Below, piece after piece: positions 25,218 through 36,688 of a stretch of DNA of 64,000 nucleotides; the first letter of the stretch is position 1; each line of letters begins with the position of its first letter. Origin of the DNA: Nemertoderma westbladi (Eukaryota > Animalia > Xenacoelomorpha). The notes beneath the pieces were generated by a model. That model had not been told where the DNA came from. It was given only the letters and a program-made list of their open reading frames with translations, and ran no database searches. The position numbers and the translations under genes are program-made. The DNA lies in assembly GCA_032718475.1 (NCBI GenBank), contig JAUCBJ010008627.1, positions 22,763 to 86,762 of the forward strand. Direction: 5' to 3'.

Positions 25218-27749
25218 TTAGGAACCGAGAGGTTCATTACTGTAAGAATTGTTGGTGGCTGGCTGGTTAATCTATAGCCAAAACTACTCTAACGATTTTG
25301 ATGAAATTTTCACAGCGGCTGGATACCGCGATTCTAAGGTCCCTGGTATGTTCCGCTATTTCGTCCATGAGCCGTGGGCTCGAAAAATAGACATAAACGA
25401 AAAAACGCCATATGCGCAATGGTAAAATAACACCAATAACAGCTGGTGTCGTGATGAAAAATGGCTTATGTAATGGATTTCTACACAAGGCTTAGTATAA
25501 ATCGATGAGGTTGCCAAGATTATTGTACTTAGTACACCCATACTGTTTGTTTAGGCCCTAGGACACTCTGTCAAAGCAAATATTAACTGGTTGGTTTAGT
25601 TAGAAATCTAATATCGCCTCAGCTGAATTACTCTTCCCAATGCAATCTATGGGAATATCTCACTCTGCTAATGTAAGCTGAATGACTGTTACGTACACAG
25701 TGAGTTGGCTACATTAATGCCAACATTATTGCAAAATGTTTTATTGTTGGATTACTCTCTGTCAGTCACCCCTTCAGAACATTTTATAGGGAACTTACTT
25801 TAGTTTACTCTACTGTGCCATTCAGCTGAATGGATTTGAGCGATTGCCAAGTTACAGAGTTGGATCATTCTCTGACCATTGGCAAAGACATCAAATGTTT
25901 TTAAAAATATACTTTTTCCATGTTTTTTTTTCTGACCAAAAATTTCAAAAAAAAATTTTTCGTAGCCAGTACTGCCAATCGATTCGCCATCAAAAATAAC
26001 GCAAAAAATTTTTTTTGCAAAGTTTTAAATTACTGTAAATTTTTGGCGACTGGGGGGGGTCAATTTTTTTCGATCCGCTATAACTCCGGAACGCTTTGTC
26101 CAAATTCGATGGGGTTTTCATTTTTCAACTTAATTTGATGTCCTCTTTCAGCCTATCCATGTTTCCAAACCCCAAACAGCGCCGTTCAAAAATTAATTTT
26201 TTCCAGTTCTAGAATTTTACAAATTTCAAAAAAGTTGCAGTATTTTATTAACCCCTTTACGGAATTCGATAGCGTTTTCGATTTTTATATTAAACGCAAT
26301 ATCCTGAATCTCACTAGCCTAGTTTCGCGTCACCAACGCCAAGACTTCATACTTTTTGAGGAAAATTTTTCTAGAATAATTTTTATTTATTTACATTTAT
26401 CGCGATTTCTTATTACTGGTTGCACTTGAATTGATGGAGTTTTCAATTTATTAACTAAACACGATATCGCGCATCGCACCAGCGTGGTTTCGAAATTCCA
26501 AAACGAGGTCTTCACTAGTTGCAGGTCGATTTTGTTCTAGAATTGAGTAACTAATAATAGATCGAATTTATTAATAATTATTGTATGAAATAAGATTGTA
26601 TTTTTACATAATTATTAGTTCTATAATAATTCTCGTTGTCTCTTTTATTTGAAATAAAAAGTCGGTTCCTTATCGGGCCGCTAGGCCCATCACTAGTTAG
26701 GAACCGAGAGGTTCATTACTGTAAGAATTGCTCGTGGCTGGCTGGCTGGCTGGCTGGCTAATCTATAGCCAAAACTACTCTAACGATTTTGATGAAATTT
26801 TCACAGCGGCTAGATACCGCGATTCTAAGGTCCCTGGTATGTTCCGCTATTTCGTCCATGAGCCGTGGGCTCGAAAAATAGACATAAACGAAAAAACGCC
26901 ATAGGCGCAATGATAAAAACACCAGCTGGCACTCATGAAAAATGGATAGAGATAGCCTAGTAATGCTATTCTATAGGAATGGCCACCTAACAAGGAAATG
27001 CTTTCTCTGCCAAGTATTATCCTCACTCTACAACTCAGACAGTAAGCAAACAAAAGCCGTGGGATTCTAATGTATTACATCATAAGCTGATTGCTCTCCC
27101 AATAGCCCTCACACACTCACTGAATCCAATGAAATCGAATATCTATTAGCTTAATGCGAATAGCTGGTAAGCTGAATGCCATTTTAGTTATTGTGTAGGC
27201 CTACTACTGTTGACTGTAGAGTAGACTGCTATGTTGCATGTATTTAATTAAAATAATTTTCGTAGAGGGAAGTTAATTTGGGATTACTCTCTATCAGATG
27301 TAAGCAAAGCTGTTCAATGGGGTGGGTCATGGGACCCAAATATAGTACATTATGCATGGCAACGATTTCTGATATAATTAAAATACAAATTGTTTATTTT
27401 TATTTTATATCTATTTTATTGATAAAATAATAATATGATTTTACCGAATTTCATTTACCCCGTTGGGGAGTGTATATTATTATATTATTATTAAAATACA
27501 AGACAGGGGCTTGTTTCGATATATGTAGTTGCGCCCTTCGAGCAGCACGTGAGTTAATCAAATATTAGACACAATGTTTGACTTTGTCCCTTCTAGCAGC
27601 ACGTGAGTTTTGCTTTGACCCTTGATATATGATGTTGCGCCCTTCGAGCAGCACGTGAGTTACATCAAATAATAGACACACTGTTTGACTTTGTCCCTTC
27701 GAGCAGCACGTGAGTTTGGCTTTGACCCTTCCAGCAGCGTGTGTCAATC

Positions 27750-28585
27750 GAGCCGAATCATACTGATCGAGCCGAATAGAACCAATCGAGGCGATCAAGC
27801 CGAGTCGAGCCCAATCGAGCCGAGTCAAGCCGAACGGAGCCGAGTTGAGCCCAATCAAGCCTAGTCGAGCCAGACTGAGGCGAGGCAAGCCCAATCGAGT
27901 CGAGTCGAGCCCAATAGAGCCGAGTCTAGCGCAATCAATCCTAGTCGAGCCTAATTGAGCCAGACCGAGCCAAGTCGAGCCCAATCGAGCCAGACTGAGC
28001 CAAGTTGAGACAAATCGAGCCGAGTCAAGCCCAATCAATCCCAATCGAGCCGAGTCGAGCGGATTGAGCCCAATTGAGCCAAGTCGAGCCAGACCGAGCC
28101 GAGTCGAACCCAATCGAGCCGATTGAGCCGAATCGAGCTGAGTCGACTCAGACCGAGCCGAGCCGAGCCCATTGAGCCGTGTCACGCCAATTTGAGCCGG
28201 ACTGAGTCGCGTCGAGCCCAATCAAGCCGAGTCGAGCCCAATCGAATCGAGTCGAGCCCAATAGAGCCGAGTCGAGCCCAATCAAGCCTAAGTCGAGCCC
28301 AATCGAGCCGGACTGAGCCAAGTAGAGCCAAATCAAGCCGAGTCAAGCCCAATCAATCCCAATCGAGCCGATTCGAGCCCAATCGAGCCGAGTCGAGCCC
28401 AATCGAGCCAATTCGAGCCAAGTCGAGCCGGACCGAGCCGAGTCGAACCCAATCAAGCCGATTGAGCCGAATCGAGATGTGTCAAGTCGAGCCCAATCAA
28501 GCCGAGTCTAGCCCAATCGAGCCAAACCGAGCCGATCAAGCCAAGTCGAACTGAATCGAGCCCAATCGTGCCAGACCGAGCCAAG
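27750..28585 (+). repeat. Degenerate GAGCC/GAGTC/CAATC pentamer mosaic (also 12925-13295 and 30375-31020)
   Basis: 5-bp periodic mixture of GAGCC, CAATC, GAGTC and AAGCC without long pure runs. Confidence 0.9.
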
Positions 28586-31086
28586 CTCATTGTCTCTTTT
28601 ATTTGAATTACAAAGTCGGTTCCTTATCGGGCCGCTAGGCCCGTCACTAGTTAGGAACCGAGAGGTTCATTACTGTAAGAATTGTTGGCTGATTGATTGA
28701 CTGGCTGGCTGGTTAATCTACAGCCAAAACTACTCTAACGATTTTGATGAAATTTTCACAGCGGCTAGATACCGCGATTCTAAGGTCCCTGGTATGTTCC
28801 GCTATTTCGTCCATGAGCCGTGGGCTCGAAAAATAGACATAAACGAAAAAACGCCATAGGCGCAATGGTAAAATAACACCAATGACAGCTGGTGTCGTGA
28901 TGAAAAATGGCTTATGTAATGCATTTCTACACAAGGCTTAGTAATAAATCGATGAGGTTGCCAAGATTATTATACTTAGTACACCCATACTGTTTGTTTA
29001 GGCCCTAGGACACTCTGTCAAAGCAAATATTAACTGGTTGGTTTAGTTAGAAATCTATTATCGCCTCAGCTGAATTACTCTTCCCAATGCATTCTATGAG
29101 AATATCTCACTCTGCTAATGTAAGCTGAATGACTTTAAGTACAGTGTGTTGGCTACATTAATGCCAACATTATTGCAAAATGTTTTATTGTTGGATTACT
29201 CTCTGTCAGTCTCCCCTTCAGAACATTGTATAGGGAATTTACTTTAGTTTACTCTACTGTGCCATTCAGCTGAATGGATTTGAGCGATTGCCAAGTTACA
29301 GAGTTGGATCATTCTCTGACCATAGGCAAAGACATCAAATCTTTTTAAAAATATACTTTTTTCATGTTTTTTTTTCTGACCAAAAATTTCAAAAAAAATT
29401 TTTTCGTAGCCAGTACTGCCAATCGATTCGCCATCAAAAATAACGCAAAAAATTTTTTTTGCAAAATTTTAAATTACTGTAAATTTTTGGCGACTGGGGG
29501 GGGGGTCAATTTTTTTCGATCCGCTATAACTCCGGAACGCTTTGTCCAAATTCGATGGGGTTTTTATTTTTCAATTTAATTCGATGTCCTCTTTCAGTCT
29601 ATCCATGTTTCGAAACCCCAAACAGCGCCGTTCAAAATTTAATTTTTTCTAGTTCTAGAATTTTACAAATTTCAAAAAAGTTGCAGTATTTTATTAACGC
29701 CTTTACGGAATTCGATAGCGTTTTCGATTTTTATATTAAACGCAATATCCTGAATCTCACTAGCCTAGTTTCGCGTCACCAACGCCAAGACTTCATACTT
29801 TTTGAGGAAAATTTTTCTAGAATAATTTTTTTTAATTACATTTATCGCGATTTCTTATTACTGGTTTCACATGAATTGATGGAGTTTTCAATTTATTAAC
29901 TAAACACGATATCGCGCATCGCACCAGCGTGGTTTCGAAATTCCAAAACGAGGTCTTCACTAGTTGCAGGTCGATTTTGTTCTAGAATTGAGCAACTAAT
30001 AATAGATCGAATTTATTAATAATTATTGTATGAAATATGATTGTATTTTTACATAATTATTAGTTCTATACTCGCCCTTCGAGCAGCAAGTGAGTTAATC
30101 AAATATTAGACACAATGTTTGACTTTGTCCCTTCGAGCAGCACGTGAGTTTGGCTTTGACCCATCGAGCAGCACGTGAGTTACATCAAATAATAGACACA
30201 CTGTTTGACTTTGTCCCTTCGAGCAGCACGTGAGTTTTGCTTTGACCCTTGATATATGATGTTGCGTCCTTCGAGCAGCACGTGAGTTACATCAAATAAT
30301 AGACACACTGTTTGACTTCGTCCCTTCGAGCAGCACGTGGGTTTGGCTTTGACCCTTCCAGCAGCGTGTGTCAATCGAGCCGAATCATACCGATCGAGCC
30401 GAATAGAACCAATCGAGGCGATCAAGCCGAGACGAGCCAATCGAGCCGAGTTAGCCGAATGGAACCGAGTTGAGCCCAATCAAGCCGAGCGATCCAAACT
30501 GAGCCGAGACAAGCCCAATCGAGTTGAGTCGAGCCCAATAGAGCCGAGTCGAACCCAATCAATCCTAGTCGAGCCCAATTGAGCCGGACCGAGCCAAGTC
30601 GAGCCCAATCGAGCCATACTGTGCCAAGTTGAGCCAAATCAAGCCGAGTCAAGCCCAAATCAATCCAAACCGAGCCGAGTCGAGTGGATTGAGCCGAGTC
30701 GAGCCCAATCAAGCCTAGTCGCGCCCAATTGAGCCGGACCGAGCCCAGTCGAGCTAGACTGAGCCAAGTTGAGCCAAATCGAGCCGAATCAAGACCAATC
30801 AAGCCCAATCGAGCTGAGTCGAGACCAATCGAGCCGAGTCGAGCCCAATTGAGCCAAGTCGAGCCAGACCGAACCGAGTCGAACCCAATCAAGCCGATTG
30901 AGACGAATCGAGCTGAGTCGAGTCGAGCCCAATCAAGCTGAGTCGAGCCCAATCGAGCCAAACCGAGCCCATCAAGCCAAGTCGAACTGAATCGAGCCCA
31001 ATCATGCCAGACCGAGCCGAGCTCGTTGTCTCTTTTATTTGAAATAAAAAGTCGGTTCCTTATCGGGCCGCTAGGCCCGTCACTAG

Positions 31087-33073
31087 TTAGGAACCGAAGG
31101 TTACTTTCTGTAAGAATTTGATGTAATAGTAGTAATAGTAATAGTAATATTTTGAAGCGAAATAACATAAAAACGGCTCTAACGATTTTGTTAAAATTTT
31201 GCATAACGCAATGTTTTGATGACCACTATCGTTTCCCGCTGGTCCCATGTCTGTCCATAGAATGTGGGCTCGAAAAATAGTCATAAACGAAAAAACGCCA
31301 TAGGCGCAATGATAAAACACCAGCTGGAGTGCATGAAAAATGTATAGAGGGCCTAGTGATTCTATTCAATAGAGAAAGGGCCAACTAACAAGGATGTACT
31401 TTCTGTGCCAAGTTTTTATTTAATCACTCACTCTTTCAACCCAGACTATAAGCAAACTTTAACTTGGTTAGTAATCTACTATTATCCCATCAGCTGAATA
31501 ACTCTTCGAAGGTTACTTTCTGTAAGAATTTGATGTAATAGTAGTAATAGTAATAGTAATATTTTGAAGCGAAATAACATAAAAACGGCTCTAACGATTT
31601 TGTTAAAATTTTGCATAACGCAATGTTTTGATGACCACTATCGTTTCCCGCTGGTCCCATGTCTGTCCATAGAATGTGGGCTCGAAAAATAGTCATAAAC
31701 GAAAAAACGCCATAGGCGCAATGATAAAACACCAGCTGGAGTGCATGAAAAATGTATAGAGGGCCTAGTGATTCTATTCAATAGAGAAAGGGCCAACTAA
31801 CAAGGATGTACTTTCTGTGCCAAGTTTTTATTTAATCACTCACTCTTTCAACCCAGACTATAAGCAAACTTTAACTTGGTTAGTAATCTACTATTATCCC
31901 ATCAGCTGAATAACTCTTCCCCGTGCTTCCTAAGGGAATATCTACAAGGTGGTGGTGGGTTGTGGGTCAGCGGAATGAATTTTAGTTACACACATAGTGC
32001 TGGTTACCGTTAATGGTACTATACTCAGCTAATAATAAAATAATAATTGATGTATTTAAAAATCCGAGAGGGGGGTGAGTTAGTGACTTGCTTGACAAAC
32101 ATTAATTATATTAATCTGTCAAACCAGAGGGAATACAGAGTGGGATCTACAGTACCTGTCTCTGTATAACTTTTTGCCCAGCTGATAGCTCCTTTAATCC
32201 AACACAAACTGTTGCCCTGGATTCAATGAATGCGAATGTCTATTACAGTAGGTTCCTGGGAAAAGCTGGCCACCTGAATGACTTTTTAGTTATAGAGTAG
32301 TGTACACGAGTGAGGCTTAACTCTCTCAGCGAACAATTATAATTATACTATGGCTAGTTATATATTCTGATATTGGCTTCCGACACACACACTGAAACCT
32401 ACACCTAAGTTCGCTGGTTATTCGCAGTTCTGACTCGCCATATATGAACCTAACTGTATGGTACTATTGATAAACTATACTAATTGCAATGTTCAATTAA
32501 AATCAGAGTTTGGAGGTCTAATTATGTTTTGGCAACATTAATACTATGAGTGGTGTTTGGTATTATATATAATTTTGATGTAGACAGGATATATGTTGCC
32601 CTAACTGCTTTAATAATTACTAGGAACAGATTATGAGATATATGAGTTTCTTTTCCCTAAATTGAGAATTTAACATTGAGGCGGGATATTAATTCGCCAA
32701 GGTAGGTTTTGCGTCCACTTCCCCCCCTGTCTCCTTTGTTCACTACCTTGGTGCAATTTTTTATTATAAATGCTGAACATACGTGCAAATTACAGTATTA
32801 GTATAGGTAGTGCTGGCTGATACTGGGTGCTCATATTTGCAACCATTTGTAACAAATTGTAACCAGGGACATCAATTCGTGACAAGTGCTCATATTTTTA
32901 ACCAAACACATTGATTCGTAATGCGGAAATACAGATTTGTAACCAGGCGCTCAGATTCGAAACTGGTTTAGAGTTGATATCCTGAAAAAAATAGTTAGCG
33001 GCTTATGGCCTGTAAAAATATTAGTTTCGGTTTAACTTCGGTTCCTTCACGGCGTCTCGACGCCGTCTTTAAT
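31087..33073 (+). mobile_element. Type-D HINE unit (divergent) with a 412-bp tandem duplication of its 5' part
   Basis: 5' AGGAACCGAAG (31089) pairs with 3' CTTCGGTTCCT (33036-33046), followed by hairpin ACGGCGTC-TC-GACGCCGT. 31095-31506 is repeated at 31507-31918. (TAG/TAA)n replaces the tetranucleotide microsatellite. Confidence 0.75.
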
Positions 33074-34314
33074 ATTATGTTTGTGATTATCATAATATCT
33101 CTCCACCTGGTATTAATTTAAAATCTTCGACAATAATATTTTCCCCCCCCCCCCCCTCCCGTGCCTTTCAACCGTGACTCTCGCCCTCCCCCCAGAGATA
33201 GAACCAACTTTGATGAAATAGAACTAAACTTTGAAACACGTGTTGTATATAAAAAGTTTAGAAATTATACGCACAGACAGCCTTATATAGTTTATTCTGT
33301 TCGTCATATACCTTTTACCTATTATCGCCTTCTATTCTCGTTGTATTTTTGGCAAAAAGTTGACCTGACTGCAGGACACTATCTCTGCTGCAGGGCAGGG
33401 CTGCTAGGCACTAGGTAGGCCTATTGTTTAGATTGTTAATACCGTAACTACTGTAGGCACATCATTGGCCGACTTTCAGCTACAAAATGTAAATTAAGGC
33501 TTTCCCTATAATTTGAGGTAACACTGGCTAGCCGCTAGATAATTCCATAATTACAAATGTTTAGTCTCACTTTCAACATTTATGGCTGACTTGGTCCAGC
33601 CATAAAGGTTGATTTTTTTTAAGGTAGTTATTTTTTGCCCTATATTTTTTACTCAAATGCCCTATATTTTTTTCGAATACTTTTATGCCCTATATTTTTT
33701 GGACTAGAAAAACTGCTATACTCGACTATCAGACTGTTGCTTATTTTACTGTATTACTGTCAATAAACAACTCAAATAGACCCGTCTCTATGAGAAACAC
33801 TTTGTAATTTATACACAACACTTAATAAGAAATTATTTATTATATTATAGGCCTAATCCAAAATTAAAATGAACAATTAATATAAAAGATAAGTATTGTT
33901 AGAAATTCACTAGGTCTATTACAATACAAATTAAACAAAAAACGTAATAATTAAAAAATTGACCATATTAACTGATTAATGTACCAACACAGTTGAATAA
34001 GTTACTACAGTAGAAAGTTCATTAGCGAATTACAAATACAGGTATTCAAATGAAAGAATTAACAACGATAAATACAGTAGGAAGAAATCCACTACTGCAC
34101 TAGGCCTATTGCAATTACAAATTAGAACTAGAGTAATAAAACGACGTAATTAAGAAATTTACTATATTAATGGGATCGAAAATTCCACAATCTTTCTTAG
34201 ATTATAGCCTCATGACTTAGGGTTACATGACAGTTTTAATTAGTGTTTGGGCCTGACCAACTACTGAACTAACCCAAACCAAAAAATAAACCAATAAATC
34301 TAAGTTAAAGTACG

Positions 34315-34690
34315 GGGTTATGGTGCGTTAGGTCCTGGAAGCAGTACTGCATTAGGTCCTGGTAGCGTTAGGTCCGTGCCATGGGAAAGATTAGGCTGTT
34401 TGGTCAGTAGGTACAAAAGATAAACCAGGCAGGTTAGTAAAGGAACAGTTTACACAGAGGCGAGTTGAAAGGACAGAAGGAACCAATACAATAAACGAGA
34501 GTTAGGAATATTGTAGAATCAGTGAATAGAAAACCATAGTCAGATAATGCTACAGGAACTAAAGCTACAGGACACACAGGCAGCCAGGACCTAATGCGCC
34601 AGGACCTAAAGCTGCAGGGCCTAACACACGCTAGCTACAGGACCTATCCGCCAGAACCTAAAGCTACGGCAGTACGTGACCTATAACGCT
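34315..34690. mobile_element. Probable MITE remnant with inverted subterminal repeat blocks
   Basis: TTAGGTCC(TGG) occurs 3 times at 34325-34376, facing (CCA)GGACCTAA-like repeats at 34585-34685. Confidence 0.45.
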
Positions 34691-35261
34691 GCATTACTCT
34701 GTCTGTCTGTGCGGAACGCTAGGCCACTACAGTATTATTATATTGCTGTACTGTAAGTCTATAGGAAGGGGGGACACCTGTGACAAATCAAATTTAAACT
34801 GAATTTAGAAGAAGCGCAAAATAAAGAGGTTGTTATATATCTAAACCATATAAAACATAGCGATTGCATAGTTGTAGTATTGTACTGTATAAGGAAATAG
34901 TTATTATAGCCAAAACAAAGCAGAACAGAATTGAGAAGAGATAAGAACTAAGTTCTTATCTATCACTGTATCACATTAATTGCATATAGTACAGTAGGCC
35001 CTGCCTAGTAGTAGTATTACGTACATACAGTAGTTAGTTTAAAATTGCCAAGGTCAGAAGGTAAGGTGTAAGAATTGAATGCCAGCATCAGACAGTCAAA
35101 GCAAGTTATTATTTGCAAATTGAGCTACTGTACATGTTTACCTAGCCGCTGAAGGTAATTCATGTATACACGTTCGTGGGGCCTTCACGCAGCACGAGGC
35201 TCAGTTATGAGATACATATTAATATTGAGCGATTCTACTGTATCACTCATGATTATATCGG

Positions 35262-36433
35262 TGTTCGCGCTTTTAGACCTTTAGCAGTTTAACCTGCCAA
35301 ATTTAGGTGTCTTCTAGGTTATAAATCGACTTTAGCCTATAACAAGTATTTGATACACATAAAGCTACATTAGCCGAAGCCAGCCTATGCGCGATCATTC
35401 ACCCACGGTTAAGGGAGACTGGATTCGGATGCTCTGACCTTATTGCGGTGTAGACCTACTGTATTATTCGATTGATCGTTACTACAATATCTCTGACAAA
35501 TATTATTCACTTTCGGGAAATATTAACAGTTCCTTTAGGACGTGGTGCTCTAAGTATGTAAACAGAGTTATGACTTACACTAAACACAACGGGATGGCTA
35601 ATGATTTACGTATAAAGCGCATTCTTTAGGAAATGCTTTGTTATCTATCACACTCATGCACACTACCGCACACTGCTGCACACTGATCTGCCGACCTTCA
35701 CTAATTTTAATCATATATAAGGAGAACAGCAACTGACACATGTAGGGTCTATGAAATAGCATTCAATTCACTCCAAAACCACTATAATGTAAGTCGCAAT
35801 TGCTATATGTAACCGGTCTCTCTAACCTTTAGTATATCAAGAAGATTGGGGTTTTATGATTATTTATCGATATTCTCCAAATATAGCAATATTCCATCAA
35901 CTGATAACAATTAATAACCGACAGTAAATAGCAGTAAAATAATGCGGTGAAAGATTGTATGGTATGATATGGGCTGATATGATAGGATAACAGTTATACG
36001 TTTCTATGATCAAAGCCGTTCTAATGTTTTGCTAAAGTCTGAAACACAGAATAATTCCACAGCCGATGTTCTGGGCTCAGGAAAAAAGGTAAACAAAGAC
36101 CATAATGCATTGCACGATTTCGCGGAGGCTTCTGTGCAAATAAAATGAAAATCACTCTGATTGGTCGAGCCGAACAAAGAACAAAGAAAAGCTCTACGTG
36201 GACATATCAGCTGATAGATGTCGTCATCTGAACTACACTGTATCAAGAGTATTTTGGCGTATTGCGGCATAAAATCGCTAGTTATGTCCGCTAAAGTACA
36301 CATACAGAAAAAATGGCTTTTTATGTCCACTAAAACACCTACACAGTAAGAAAACGGCTTTTTATGTCCGCTAAAACGCCTACAGAGTACTTTGCGGGGA
36401 AAATGACTAGCTAGATCCGCAAAAGCCTTTACA
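35262..36433 (-). repeat. 3' LTR (1172 bp)
   Basis: TGTTCGCGC...GCCTTTACA. About 14 substitutions (counted by eye) versus 52478-53626 plus 56434-56456. Confidence 0.93.
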
Positions 36434-36443
36434 CCGCTCCCAG
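36434..36443 (-). other. Polypurine-tract-like sequence
   Basis: Sense strand CTGGGAGCGG immediately precedes TGTAAAGG of the 3' LTR. Confidence 0.6.
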
Positions 36444-36688
36444 AAAATGGGATTTAATTCTATAAAATATAAAAAATCACAGTTTCTAAAATATAAAAAT
36501 ACTCTAAACAGTTAGTCTTTCTTGCGAGGACGGCGTTTGCGCAGTTTTTTGAGGCTAGCAAGAGTCCTTTTCTCTTTGGGGCGAGCCACTTTACTAGGAG
36601 GGCTATAACTCCTGGGTGAAGGGTATAATACAATTGCATCGGAAGGTTTAGGATTACGGTCGGTGTATCCGCCGGTCGAGGTACCTGA

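Larger units (their letters stand above)
7069..33073 (+). mobile_element. ~26-kb head-to-tail array of non-autonomous Helentron/HINE (DINE-1-like) rolling-circle elements
   Basis: Unit starts at 7069, 8465, 10053, 10079, 10230, 11748, 14902, 16402, 17902, 19987, 23710, 25218, 26697, 28651 and 31087. Starts show TT + subTIR AGGAACCGA (variant at 23710) + a short hairpin, most followed by a (GGCT/GACT/GATT)n microsatellite and a conserved core. Complete units end in subTIR TCGGTTCCT + hairpin CGGGCC-GCTA-GGCCCG + CTAG. No TSDs and no Rep/helicase ORF. Confidence 0.85.

Noticed and set aside
7069-33073. Array as Penelope pseudo-LTRs or plain satellite DNA
   Set aside because: The subTIR + microsatellite + 3' hairpin + CTAG architecture fits Helentron/HINE; no Penelope RT, GIY-YIG or hammerhead motif was noticed.
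36010-36330. 106-aa ORF present in both LTRs (also 53226-53546)
   Set aside because: Duplicated simply as part of the LTR; GTG start, no motif, and the differences between copies largely change amino acids.
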